Shown: positions 1 through 9,101, counted from the stretch's first letter. The stretch is DNA of 64,000 nucleotides from Thermoplasmata archaeon (GCA_034667725.1 JAXDQS010000003.1:224001-288000); one strand, 5' to 3'. Translations and numbers: made by a program. Notes: generated by a model from the letters alone, not told the origin.

Positions 1-141
1 CAACAGGAGGAAAACCACCCTCCCCGAGCGCTCCGGAAACCCCTCCTGGGCCCCTCCTGGAGCACTTCGGCAAGGTTATCATCCTCCGCCATCTGTTGGC
101 CTCCTGGAGTTGGCTTCGGCCTCTCTGGAGGATGCCTCAAC

Positions 142-372
142 ATGCCCTACGAACACAAGACGAAGAAGGGGACCTATGTCCTGGCGACGCGCAACGTCGA
201 GCTGAAGGGTGGCCGCAAGCAGCAGATCTACTTCTTCTGCAAGACCGGCGCCAAGCTCAAGCCCGGCTGCAAGTGGTCCGAGATGCCCGCCGGCAAGAAG
301 GTCGGCATCAACGCCCGCACCGGCCTCCCCTTCCTGGCCAACGCGGTCGCGACCAAGAAGGCCGCGAAGTAA
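142..372 (+). CDS. small basic protein resembling Cc1-type archaeal chromatin/DNA-binding proteins
   Basis: 76 aa, Lys-rich. The pattern MPY.H..K.GTY.L...V.L.GG.KQ.IYFF...N.RTGLPFL resembles the Cc1 family from memory. GGAGG precedes the start, GGTTAT lies at ~75-80 and a pyrimidine tract follows the stop. Confidence 0.55.
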   Translation: MPYEHKTKKGTYVLATRNVELKGGRKQQIYFFCKTGAKLKPGCKWSEMPAGKKVGINARTGLPFLANAVATKKAAK

Positions 373-390
373 GGCCCCCAGGCCCGAAGC

Positions 391-420
391 CCTCTTCCCT
401 CCTTCTCCCCGTCTCTTTTC
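391..420 (+). terminator. C/T-rich tract, putative archaeal terminator
   Basis: cctcttccctccttctccccgtctcttttc just after the stop. Similar tracts at ~3587-3614, ~21801-21825 and ~24134-24159. Confidence 0.4.
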
Positions 421-424
421 GCGC

Positions 425-769
425 TCAAGCCTTCCGCAGCACCAGCAGGCCGCGCACGACCTTGTAGGCCACCGCCGCGCCCGCCAACGCCAGCGGCGCC
501 AGCAGCAGGTACGGCCAACTGGTCCTCGGCTCCGCCAGCACCACGCGCAGGCTCAGCACCGCCAGCGTGAAGAACAGCAGCAGCACGAACGCCACGCCCC
601 ACGACGTCAGCAGCCGCAGCACCAGCAGCAGCACCGGCGCGCCCAGCACGAACACGGCCCACCCCAAGTCGCCGCCGTTGAGGATCAGCCGCGCCGCCAG
701 GATGGCCAACAGCCACAGCCCGGCGCCCAGCAGCACGAAACGGCCGGCGCCGGCACGGGACTCCGCCAC
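425..769 (-). CDS. small multi-pass membrane protein
   Basis: C-terminal part of ORF 425..1291, trimmed to GTG at 769; about 4 hydrophobic segments. Confidence 0.65.
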   Translation of the reverse strand: MAESRAGAGRFVLLGAGLWLLAILAARLILNGGDLGWAVFVLGAPVLLLVLRLLTSWGVAFVLLLFFTLAVLSLRVVLAEPRTSWPYLLLAPLALAGAAVAYKVVRGLLVLRKA

Positions 770-823
770 GGCCGCGCGCAGGCGCCCGGCACCTTCAAGC
801 CTCCCCGTCCGCCTGCGCAGGCC

Positions 824-1201
824 ATGGACCCCGCAAGCCGCGCCGGCGCCTTCGTCGCAGGCGGCGCCCTCATCGGCGTCTGGCTGTTCTTCGTCCTGTT
901 CAAGGTCCCCGGCATCCACCTGGACGCCGGCCCCTGGCTGTTCTGGGGCGCCATCGGCCTCGTCATGGCCGGCGCCGGCCTCGGCGCCCGTTTCGCCACC
1001 CCCGTCGTCCGCATGGGCCTGTTCGTCGCCCTCGGCATCGCCGCCGGCCTCCTGGCCTCCGCCGCCGTCTTCCTCCAGGTCAGCGAGTCGTTCGCCGCCC
1101 TCCTCACCGCCTGCGGCGGCGCCATCATCGCCAGCGCCATCCCCCTCCAAGCCTGGCCCGACGCCACCCCCGCCGACGCCGAACGCGAGGCACAAGCCTG
1201 A
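824..1201 (+). CDS. small membrane protein
   Basis: ATG at 824 (MDPASRAGAF...); about 4 TM segments; divergent from the previous gene. Confidence 0.7.
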   Translation: MDPASRAGAFVAGGALIGVWLFFVLFKVPGIHLDAGPWLFWGAIGLVMAGAGLGARFATPVVRMGLFVALGIAAGLLASAAVFLQVSESFAALLTACGGAIIASAIPLQAWPDATPADAEREAQA

Positions 1202-1292
1202 AGGCGCCGCACGGAGCGAAGTGCCCGTGCAGCGAGTGCGGGGACTGGGACCGGGTCTTCCTGGAAGACCTGCGCCCCCCGCGGAAGACAAG

Positions 1293-1308
1293 GAAGAAGG
1301 GGTTATCT
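1293..1308 (+). promoter_or_regulatory. BRE/TATA-like promoter of rnpB
   Basis: Purine-rich GAAGAAGGGG followed by TTATCT about 26-30 nt upstream of the predicted RNase P RNA 5' end. Confidence 0.5.
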
Positions 1309-1331
1309 CCGCGACGAGCTAACGAGGAACC

Positions 1332-1638
1332 AACCCCGTCGCTTCAGGACGACTGACGGTAGCCCGCAAGGGCGGCTGAGGAAGGTCTCCGCATCTGCGC
1401 GCAAGCGCAACCTGCCGCCTCAAGGCGGTGTCTGGAGACGGACAGGGCTGGCGCAGAAACGACACAGCCGCGGGGCTGGGATGAAGGGGTCGCCCCGGAC
1501 GTCCCCCACGGACTTGCTGAAACGTGCCATGGCCTCAGGGGATGCAAGTCGCAAGGACGCTTAGTCGGATGTCGTCTGGCCGGCGGTCGTGAGGCCGCCC
1601 GGCGAAACAGAACGGAGCCTACTCGAGGCTGCGGGGTT
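1332..1638 (+). ncRNA. rnpB: RNase P RNA (archaeal type)
   Basis: Conserved regions in the correct order: GAGGAAGGTCTCCG (CR-I), GCAGAAAC, TGAAACG, GCAAG, GCTTAG..GATG and ACAGAACGGAGCCTAC (CR-V). P4 pairs CTCCG/CGGAG. Terminal P1 helix is AACCCCGTCGCTTC / GAGGCTGCGGGGTT. Confidence 0.9.
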
Positions 1639-1699
1639 CCCAGTCCTCCCATCCCAAGCACTTGCTGCCAAGGCAGCTGCGCGGGCGGCCGCACGTCGC

Positions 1700-1728
1700 G
1701 GCGCAAAAGCGCCTCGGCGCTTTGCGCC
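1700..1728. terminator. hairpin between convergent rnpB and lipoprotein gene
   Basis: GGCGCAAAAGCGCC-TC-GGCGCTTTGCGCC, a 13-bp stem with one bulge. Confidence 0.45.
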
Positions 1729-1732
1729 TGGC

Positions 1733-2569
1733 CTACTCGGGGCTGGGATCGACCGGCATCCAGCGAATCCGCACGTCCGTCGTGCTGACCCGGTGCAGCA
1801 GCCCAGGCAGGGCGGGCGGGCCGCCGTCGGCGTTCGCGGCCGCGAACACGGCTTGGCCGTCGCCGACGTTGGTGGCGTTGCTGTTGTCCCATTCGACGTG
1901 ACCGTCGGCGCGGCCGTCGGCGCCCTTGTGCCAGACGGCGTACGTCATGTCGAAGGCGCCGGCGGCCTCCTGCACGGCGAAGTCGAGGTTGAAGTCGATG
2001 TCGTTGGTGTCGACGGCGACGGTCTCGAGGCGGGTGCCGGGCGGGGCGGGGCTGGCGGTGAAGGCGAAGGCGGCGTCGGTCCAGGTCACGTTGGCGGCGG
2101 CGAGGTAGGCGCGCAGGGCGTCGTCGTCGGTGGCGGACTCCAGCGGGTAGAGGTCGAGGTCGTCGGGGCCTTGGTCGAGCTCGGCCGGCGGCTGCACCAC
2201 GAGGTAGGCGGCGAAGGTGGCGGACTGGGCCTGGTCGCCGCAGCGGCCGGTGTCGACGAAGACGTTGACGGTGGCGCCGGCGGCGTCGGCGGCCCCGAGC
2301 GTGAAGCCTTCCGGCAGCGGGTCGCCGACCAAGCCGCCTTCTTCGAACGCGGACTTGGGGAACGGGAAGAAGGCGTGCCATTGGTCGCATTCCTGCAGGT
2401 CGTAGGCCGGCTGCGCTGGGGGCGTGGTGGCGTTGCCCGCCTGGCCGGCGCCCGTCGTCGTGGCGGTAGGGCCGGTGGTGGCGGACTGGGACGGGGGGTC
2501 GTCGGGGCCGGAGCAGCCGGCCAGCAGGACGAGGGCCAGAAGCGCCGTCGCGAGGGCACGCACGCGCAT
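1733..2569 (-). CDS. predicted lipoprotein, function unknown
   Basis: MRVRALATALLALVLLAG|C lipobox, Thr/Pro linker, then a globular domain. Confidence 0.75.
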   Translation of the reverse strand: MRVRALATALLALVLLAGCSGPDDPPSQSATTGPTATTTGAGQAGNATTPPAQPAYDLQECDQWHAFFPFPKSAFEEGGLVGDPLPEGFTLGAADAAGATVNVFVDTGRCGDQAQSATFAAYLVVQPPAELDQGPDDLDLYPLESATDDDALRAYLAAANVTWTDAAFAFTASPAPPGTRLETVAVDTNDIDFNLDFAVQEAAGAFDMTYAVWHKGADGRADGHVEWDNSNATNVGDGQAVFAAANADGGPPALPGLLHRVSTTDVRIRWMPVDPSPE

Positions 2570-2706
2570 GGCCGGCGACCCGTGGCGGGCTTCTTGGGGC
2601 TGTTGGCTGGCGGTGGCGCGGGCACCATCGTTTCTCCTGCCAAGCATTAAGGCCCGCCTCCAATCCGGCCGTGCCTTCCCTTTGGGGAAGGAGGAAACTT
2701 GCCCCC

Positions 2707-3573
2707 ATGAAGAACCTCAGCCTTGCGCTCGCCGGCCTCCTGTTGGCCGTCCTTGCCGCCCCCGCCGTGGCCGCCGATGACGTCTCGGTCGCGCCCCCGA
2801 ACCCGTGCTACTACACGCAATGCCCGCCGCCTTGCCTGGCCTGCCCGCCGCCGGTCTGCCTCAGCTGCATCATCCCCGCGACCTGCGACCTGGAGGACCG
2901 CGAGTGCCACCCTGAGCCGATGGACTGGGCCTGCACCACCGGCCCGTCCGGCCTCGGCGGCGTCATCGGCGCCACCGTCGACTACGCCTTCACCCTGGCC
3001 TTGATCGGCTGCGTCGTGAGCCTCTCCGAGGCCAACGTCGCCCTGGACGCCACCGGCGACACGACCTACTACGCCTACATGCAGGCCCAGGACACCGCGG
3101 ACTTCGTGCTCGGCAGCACCCTGAGCATCCCGACCAACGAGGTCAAGCCCGCCGTCCAGGCCCTCCAGGACACCGTGGGCTACGAGTTCGCCCTGGTCTG
3201 CTCCTTCCTGCTGGGCCCCTCCGCCTGCACCGGCCCCGCGCCGCTGCCCGGCGCCTGCCCCGTCGACCTGCCGGACGCCGGCGGCGTCGTGGGCGCGGCG
3301 CTTGCCACCGCCGAGGCCGGCTGCGCTGCCGCCCAGGGCGGCGCGTCCGCGGCCGCGGGCCACGCCGTCGAGGCGGCCCGCGACGTCGCGTTCGCGGTCA
3401 GCGTCGTGCTGCGCAACTTCGGCGGCCACGCCAACGAGGTCGTCGACGGCGCCGAGGCGCACGCGGCGAACCTCGAGGGCCACGCCAACGACGCGGCCGG
3501 CGTCGCCCTGTGGGGCGCCCAGGCCGGCTACACGGCCACCTGCGGCTACCTGTTCGGCGCCTGCCCCGTCTAG
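2707..3573 (+). CDS. secreted Cys/Pro-rich protein with Ala-rich helical C-terminal region
   Basis: Signal peptide ending AVA-A; N-terminal Cys cluster (PCYYTQCPPPCLACPPPVCLSC); GGAGG upstream; pyrimidine tract downstream. Confidence 0.7.
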   Translation: MKNLSLALAGLLLAVLAAPAVAADDVSVAPPNPCYYTQCPPPCLACPPPVCLSCIIPATCDLEDRECHPEPMDWACTTGPSGLGGVIGATVDYAFTLALIGCVVSLSEANVALDATGDTTYYAYMQAQDTADFVLGSTLSIPTNEVKPAVQALQDTVGYEFALVCSFLLGPSACTGPAPLPGACPVDLPDAGGVVGAALATAEAGCAAAQGGASAAAGHAVEAARDVAFAVSVVLRNFGGHANEVVDGAEAHAANLEGHANDAAGVALWGAQAGYTATCGYLFGACPV

Positions 3574-3639
3574 GCCGCCTGCGGGTTCCTTTTTCCCCTC
3601 CTCCCAACCTTTTTGCAAGCGGCCCAGGTCGCGCGGCCC

Positions 3640-4380
3640 GTGAAGGACGCGCTCGCGGCATTCTACCACCGGCACCGCGTCCGCCGCCCGCGCACGCCGC
3701 CGGCCGGCCCCCGCGACCCCGTGCGGCTGGTGTGCTTCGACATGGACGGCGTCCTCATCGACGTCGGCTCGTCGTGGGTGATGGTGCACAAGCACTTCGG
3801 CGTCCAGAACGAGGCCAGCCTGCGGGCCTACCTCAACGGCGAGTTCGACGACCGCGAGTTCATCCGGCGCGACGCGGCGCTGTGGCTGCGGCTGCGGCCC
3901 AAGCTGGCGCGGGCCGACTTCGAGGAGATCTTCCGCGTGCCGCCGTTCATGCCGGGCGTGCAGGCGACGGTGGCGGCGCTGCGGGACGCCGGCGTCGAGA
4001 TGGCGATCGTCTCGGGCGGCGTCGACATCATGGCGGAGGAGGTGGCGCGCCGCCTCAGCATCCCGCGCGTGGCCGCCAACGGCTTCGAGTACGACGCCGC
4101 CGGGCACATCACGGGCGAGGGCGTGGTGCGGACGCCGCTCAACGACAAGGCCGCGCCGGTGGTGCGGTTCGCCGAGGAGTCGGGGATCCCGCTGCGCAAC
4201 GTCGCCTGCGTCGGCAACTCGCTGCCGGACGTGTCGATGTTCGAGGTGGCGGGCCGCAGCATCGCGTTCCACCCCGAGGACGACTACACCCGCGAGCACG
4301 CCACTTGGGTCGTCGAGCAGGGGCCGCTCGACCAGGTCGTGCCGCTGCTGCTCACGGCCGCTTCCGCTCGGCCACCTTGA
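3640..4380 (+). CDS. HAD-superfamily (IB) phosphatase, phosphoserine-phosphatase-like
   Basis: Motif I CFDMDGVL, motif II IVSGG, a Lys in NDK and motif IV-like VGNS.PD. Start uncertain (GTG 3640 or 3721). Confidence 0.8.
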   Translation: MKDALAAFYHRHRVRRPRTPPAGPRDPVRLVCFDMDGVLIDVGSSWVMVHKHFGVQNEASLRAYLNGEFDDREFIRRDAALWLRLRPKLARADFEEIFRVPPFMPGVQATVAALRDAGVEMAIVSGGVDIMAEEVARRLSIPRVAANGFEYDAAGHITGEGVVRTPLNDKAAPVVRFAEESGIPLRNVACVGNSLPDVSMFEVAGRSIAFHPEDDYTREHATWVVEQGPLDQVVPLLLTAASARPP

Positions 4381-7057
4381 CGGCCGCGTCGTCCTCCTGG
4401 CCGGCGCGCCGCAGCGGCCGGGGCCGTGCGGCCGGGCGGTCGGCGGGGTGGCCGGCGGCGCGGGCGGCGTGCTCCTGCACCAGCTCCAGGCCGGCGCGGA
4501 CGTCGTCCAGCTGAAGGACCACGAGGTCGCCGGGCTGGGCGAGGGCGAGGGCGCGCTCGATGGCGACGCGCTCGGAGTCGGCGGTCTCGAGGCGGGCGGC
4601 GTCGAAGCCCGTGTCGAGGATGCCTTGCCGCAGCACGGCCATGGTCTCGCCCGGGGCGCGGCGGCGCGGGTCCGGGTCGGAGAGCAGGATGTGGTCGTAC
4701 ATGGTGGCGAGCTTGGCGCCGAAGGCGAGGATGTCCTCGTCGCGCCGGTTGCCGGAGGCGTTGGCGGCGGCGATGACGCGGCCGCCGCGGCGCAGGCCGT
4801 CCACGACGCCTTGGAGGGCGGCCAGCGCGGGCGCGTTGTGGCCATAGTCCACCAGCACCTGGACCGGGCCGACCTCGAGGAGGTTCATGCGGCCGGGCAG
4901 CGCGCTTGGCGACGGCGTGAAGCCGCGCAGCGCCGCGTCGATGGTCGCGACCGGGACGCCGAGGGCGCGGCAGGCGGCGACGGCGGCCATCGCGTTCTGG
5001 ACGTTGAAGCTCGCGACCCCGCCCATCGTGACGGGATAGTCGCGCACGTCGCCGACGGTCTCGTCGCCGTTGCGGTCGCGCAGCACGATCTCGGTGCCGA
5101 CGACGGTGACGGCGGTGCCGCTGCGGGCCACATGCTCGGTGAGCTCGCGGCCGGCGGGGTCGAGGCCGAACAGGATGGTGCGGCAGCGCAGCGTGTCGGC
5201 GTAGCGCGCAACCGCCGGGTCGTCGGCGTTCAGCACGGCGGTGCCGCTGCGGGCGACGTTCTCGACCACGACCGCCTTGAGCTCGGCGAGGTCCTGCAAG
5301 GTCTCGATGCCGCCCTCGCCGAGGTGGTCGCTTGCGACGTTGAGGAACACGCCGACGTCGGCGCGGTCGTAGCCGAGGCCGCGGCGGAGGATCCCGCCGC
5401 GGGCGACCTCCAGCACGGCGTGGTCGACCAGCGGGTCGGTCAGCACGGCGCGGGCGCCGTCGGGGCCGGAGTAGTCGCCTTCGAGGGCGGGCTCGCCGTC
5501 GATCTCGACGCCCGTCGTGGTGGCGATGCCGACCCGGCCGCCGGCCGCGGCCAGGATGTGGCTCACCAGGCGGACGGTGGTGGTCTTGCCGTTGGTGCCC
5601 GTGATCGCGACGATGGGGATGCGGCCGTCGGCGCCGTTCGGAAACAGCATGTCCACGATGGGGGAGCCGACGTTGCGCGGCCGGCCGACGGTCGGCTGGG
5701 CGTGCATCCGCAGGCCGGGCGCCGCGTTGACCTCCACGACGCCGCCGCGGGTCTCTGCGAGCGGGCGCGCGAGCGTGGGGGCGACGATGTCGAGGCCCAT
5801 GATGTCGAGGCCGACCATGCGGCTGACGCGCTCGGCCATCCGGCGCACCAAGGGGTGGACCTCGTTGGTGACGTCGGTGGCCGTGCCGCCGGTGCTGAGG
5901 TTGGCGGTGCCCTTCAGGATCACGGCCTGGCCGGCGGCGGGGACCGACTCCAGGCCCATGCCTTGGCGGTTGAGCTGGCGGTGGCTCTCGGCGTCGATCT
6001 CGATGCGGGTGAGCCAGGACTCGTGGCCGTCGGCGCGGCGCGGGTCGGCGTTGGCCTCTTCCACCAGTTGCGCGACGGTGCGGCGGCCGTCGCCGACGAC
6101 CTGCGCGGGGTCGCGGCGGGCGGCGGCGATGAAGCGGTGGCCGACGACAAGGACGCGGAAGTCGGCGCCCTCCAGGTGCTGCTCGACCAGGACGGCGGCG
6201 TCGACCTCGCGGGCGGCGGCGAACCCGATGGCCAGCTCGGCGGGCGTGCGCAGCCCGGTGGAGACGCCGCGGCCGTGGTTGCCGACGCGGGGCTTGACGA
6301 CGACGGGGTAGCCCAGCTCGTCGGCGGCCTCCAGGGCGCCTTCGAGCGAGTGGACCAGCTCGCCGCGCGGGACCGGCACGCCGGCCTCCTCCAGGATGGC
6401 CTTGGTGCGGTCCTTGTCGTCGGCGATCTCGCAGCCGATGCAGCTGGTGTTGCCGGTGAGCGACGCCTGGATGCGCTGCTGCCGGGCGCCGTGGCCGAGC
6501 TGGAGGTAGCTGGAGGCGTTGAGGCGCAGCACCGGGATGCCGCGGCGGCGCGCCTCGCCGACGATGGTGTTGGTGGACGGGCCGAGGCTTTGGCGGCGGT
6601 GCAGCGCCTCCAGGTGCTCGGTGACGGCCTTGACGTCGAAGGGGACGCCTTGCAGCACGGCCGTGACGAGGTCCACGGCGGCAAGCCCTGCCTCCAGGCC
6701 GGCCTCCTCGGTGCGGTAGCGGTAGACCACGGTGTAGACGCCGGGCTCGTGGGTCTCGCGGGTCTTGCCGAAGCCGACCTTGAGGCCGGCCATGCACTGC
6801 AGCTCGATGGCGACGTGCTCGACGACGTGGCCCATGTAGGTGCCTTCGGCGAGGCGCTCGGCGAAGCCGCCGACGTGGCCGCGGCTGCAACGGTGCTCGC
6901 GCAAGGTCGGCAGCAGCTCGAGCAGCCGCTCGTTGAACCCGGGCACCGCGTTGCTGGGCGTGGCGGCGTGCTCCTCCAGGTCCAGGCGCATGAAGACGGT
7001 CGGGTAGGGCGAGTAGTGGTTCGGGCCTGGGATGGCGCGTTGTTCGAGGACCTTCAT
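4352..7057 (-). CDS. cphA: cyanophycin synthetase CphA1
   Basis: 901 aa. N-domain has GPN and C-x19-HxxEH; ATP-grasp G-domain has LGPST, VVKPRVGNHGRG, ANLSTGG and EVNAAPGLRMH; Mur-ligase M-domain has ITGTNGKTT, EVARGG, VLNADD, PGRMN and DYGHN. ATGA overlap with cphB. Confidence 0.95.
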   Translation of the reverse strand: MKVLEQRAIPGPNHYSPYPTVFMRLDLEEHAATPSNAVPGFNERLLELLPTLREHRCSRGHVGGFAERLAEGTYMGHVVEHVAIELQCMAGLKVGFGKTRETHEPGVYTVVYRYRTEEAGLEAGLAAVDLVTAVLQGVPFDVKAVTEHLEALHRRQSLGPSTNTIVGEARRRGIPVLRLNASSYLQLGHGARQQRIQASLTGNTSCIGCEIADDKDRTKAILEEAGVPVPRGELVHSLEGALEAADELGYPVVVKPRVGNHGRGVSTGLRTPAELAIGFAAAREVDAAVLVEQHLEGADFRVLVVGHRFIAAARRDPAQVVGDGRRTVAQLVEEANADPRRADGHESWLTRIEIDAESHRQLNRQGMGLESVPAAGQAVILKGTANLSTGGTATDVTNEVHPLVRRMAERVSRMVGLDIMGLDIVAPTLARPLAETRGGVVEVNAAPGLRMHAQPTVGRPRNVGSPIVDMLFPNGADGRIPIVAITGTNGKTTTVRLVSHILAAAGGRVGIATTTGVEIDGEPALEGDYSGPDGARAVLTDPLVDHAVLEVARGGILRRGLGYDRADVGVFLNVASDHLGEGGIETLQDLAELKAVVVENVARSGTAVLNADDPAVARYADTLRCRTILFGLDPAGRELTEHVARSGTAVTVVGTEIVLRDRNGDETVGDVRDYPVTMGGVASFNVQNAMAAVAACRALGVPVATIDAALRGFTPSPSALPGRMNLLEVGPVQVLVDYGHNAPALAALQGVVDGLRRGGRVIAAANASGNRRDEDILAFGAKLATMYDHILLSDPDPRRRAPGETMAVLRQGILDTGFDAARLETADSERVAIERALALAQPGDLVVLQLDDVRAGLELVQEHAARAAGHPADRPAARPRPLRRAGQEDDAAVKVAERKRP

Positions 7058-7998
7058 GCGTTCGACGGCTCCTTCCGGATCGAGGGGGCGGGCTTGGGGA
7101 GGACGGCGTGCGCGCCGTTGGGCGGGAGGGCGCCGTTGGTGGCGCCTTCCGGGGGGACGAGGGGCACCGGCTGGGGCGGCGGCCTGAGGTAGCGGCGCTC
7201 GCCGAGGTGGAAGCCGTGGCCGGCGACAAGGGTATGGACCGTGATGTTCTCGACCGCGATGGGCTCGTGCAGCGCGATGTCGGTGAGGTTGGTGTAGCGC
7301 AGGTCGTGGCCGTCCACCAGCACCACGACGCCCTTGCCGAACACCTCCAGCTCCTCGCCGTGGCGGACGATGATGCCGGTGTCCTCGCCGAGGCCGACGC
7401 CCATGAGGCCGGGGTTCGAGGCGACGACCTCCAAGAGGCGGCTCAGGCGGCCCCGGTCGAGGAAGTGGGTGTCGAGGACGGCCTTGCTGATGAGGCCCAG
7501 GCCCGGCGTCATCTGGACGGAGCCCTTGCGCATGCCGCGGTTGGGCTCGCCCTCGAAGATCATGGTGGCGCTCATGGCGGCCGCCCCCGCCGAGGTGCCG
7601 GCCACGACGCCGCCGTTGCGGTGGTGGTGCCGGATGGCCGCGGCGACCGCGGTGCCGCCCAAGAGCGTCGTGAGGCGGAGCTGGTCGCCGCCGGTGAAGA
7701 ACACGACGTCGCAGTCGCGCACCCGGTCCACGTACTCCTGCAGGTCCGCGGCGCGGCGGTCCCGGATGTCCATGACCTCGACCTTGGGGATGCCGAGGGC
7801 GCCGAACGCCTTGCGGTACTCGACGGCCATCTGGTCGGGGAACTGGCTGGCGGTCGGGATGACCTCGACGTGGCGCGTGCCGCCGGCCGGCAGCTCGCAC
7901 ATCTGCTTGAGGACGGCCTTGCCGAACTCCTTGTCCTCGTTGCCGCCGATGGCCACCAGGAAGCCGAGCGGCGGCGACCGCAACGGGCCCTCGGTCAC
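7054..7998 (-). CDS. cphB: cyanophycinase (peptidase S51)
   Basis: IGGNEDK, IPTAS, FFTGGDQLRL, catalytic GTSAG, DTHF..RGRL.RL and GEDT. GTGA overlap with iaaA. Confidence 0.93.
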   Translation of the reverse strand: MTEGPLRSPPLGFLVAIGGNEDKEFGKAVLKQMCELPAGGTRHVEVIPTASQFPDQMAVEYRKAFGALGIPKVEVMDIRDRRAADLQEYVDRVRDCDVVFFTGGDQLRLTTLLGGTAVAAAIRHHHRNGGVVAGTSAGAAAMSATMIFEGEPNRGMRKGSVQMTPGLGLISKAVLDTHFLDRGRLSRLLEVVASNPGLMGVGLGEDTGIIVRHGEELEVFGKGVVVLVDGHDLRYTNLTDIALHEPIAVENITVHTLVAGHGFHLGERRYLRPPPQPVPLVPPEGATNGALPPNGAHAVLPKPAPSIRKEPSNA

Positions 7999-8954
7999 TT
8001 GGCGGCCTCCGTGAGGGCGGCCCACGCCATGTCGCGGTTCGAGCCGCCGGCGTAGCGCTTGCCCCAGAGCAGGATGACGCCGACGTCCACCAGGTCGGGG
8101 AACATCTTGAGGGCGTTCTCGACCGCCTTCTTCGGGCTGGTGCCGGACTCCAGGTCCTGGTGGATGCGGAACGAGAGGATCTTGCGGGCGAGGAAGTCGC
8201 CGTCGCCGGTCACGGCCACGGCGCCGCGCTCGCTGGCGTAGATGCCGCAGCCGATGAGCGGCACGTCGCCGACGCGGCCCAGGAGCGTGCTGATGGTGCC
8301 GCCCGTCGAGCTGGCGGCGGCGTAGGTCTTGCCGTCGGTGCACACACAGCCCACCGTGTCCGAGCCGCCGCCCATGGCCTCCTTGAGGTCGCGGGCGTAG
8401 TTCCAGTGCGACGCCAGGCTGGGCAGGTCCCACGCGTACTCCTGCGCCTGCGCCTTGGCGAGCCGCAGCACCTTGAGCACCTGGGTGTACTTCTGGCGCG
8501 CCAGTTCGGTGGTCGGGTCGTACTCCTCGAAGCCGCGGGCGCGGGCGTAGACGATGGCGCCGTCCCCCGCCAGCAGGTTGTGCGGCGTCTCGTGCAGCAG
8601 GCGCGCGACCCGGACCGGGTTCTTGACGCCCCGGATGTTGGTGACGCCGCCGAACTTGCCGTCGGAGGTCATGCAGGCGGCGTCCATCTCGATGGTCTTG
8701 CCGTCGAGGCGCAGGTTGGAGCCGGTGCCGGCGTTGAAGCGCGGGTCGTCCTCCAGGTGCGCGCAGCCGGCCACGGCCGCGTCCAACGGCGTCCCGCCCT
8801 TCCGGAGGACCTCCATGCCTGCGCGGCACGCCGCCTCCGGCCCGTCGACCTCGGTGCGGCTCGAGCCCGCGCCGCCGTGGGCCAGGATGGCGCGCCGGAG
8901 CTTGGGGGCCTTCGCCACCGTGGGCGGCGAGACGTACCTGCGGGTGGGGCTCAT
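7995..8954 (-). CDS. iaaA: isoaspartyl dipeptidase / plant-type L-asparaginase (Ntn hydrolase)
   Basis: HGGAG, LEDDPRFNAGTG, EMDA, autoprocessing site D|TVG, STGG and GRVGD.P..GCG.YA. Confidence 0.9.
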   Translation of the reverse strand: MSPTRRYVSPPTVAKAPKLRRAILAHGGAGSSRTEVDGPEAACRAGMEVLRKGGTPLDAAVAGCAHLEDDPRFNAGTGSNLRLDGKTIEMDAACMTSDGKFGGVTNIRGVKNPVRVARLLHETPHNLLAGDGAIVYARARGFEEYDPTTELARQKYTQVLKVLRLAKAQAQEYAWDLPSLASHWNYARDLKEAMGGGSDTVGCVCTDGKTYAAASSTGGTISTLLGRVGDVPLIGCGIYASERGAVAVTGDGDFLARKILSFRIHQDLESGTSPKKAVENALKMFPDLVDVGVILLWGKRYAGGSNRDMAWAALTEAAK

Positions 8955-9091
8955 GCGCCGCCGGGCACCGGGCCGCTTGCGGTTGAGGGTTGCGCCCGCG
9001 GCTCCCGATTGCCCACGCCAACCCGTTGCCGGCATCGCAAGCAAGGTCGTTGGGGCCCGGCGAGCCACGATTAGCCAGAATCTACAAATGG

Positions 9092-9101
9092 TTGCATGCA
9101 A
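9092..9101. promoter_or_regulatory. perfect palindrome TTGCATGCAA in the divergent cph/wHTH intergenic region
   Basis: 10-bp palindrome in an AT-enriched patch; candidate operator only. Confidence 0.3.

Noticed and set aside
3640-4380. HAD phosphatase as part of the cyanophycin system
   Set aside because: It is on the opposite strand with only a 29-bp convergent overlap, and there is no evidence of a functional link.
4284-7229. Very long alternative-frame and antisense ORFs (e.g. 4284..7229 -, 4448..7192 +, 39939..43058 +, 17328..20075 -)
   Set aside because: Arg/Pro/Gly-rich shadow frames expected at this GC content; they overlap genes with clear family motifs.
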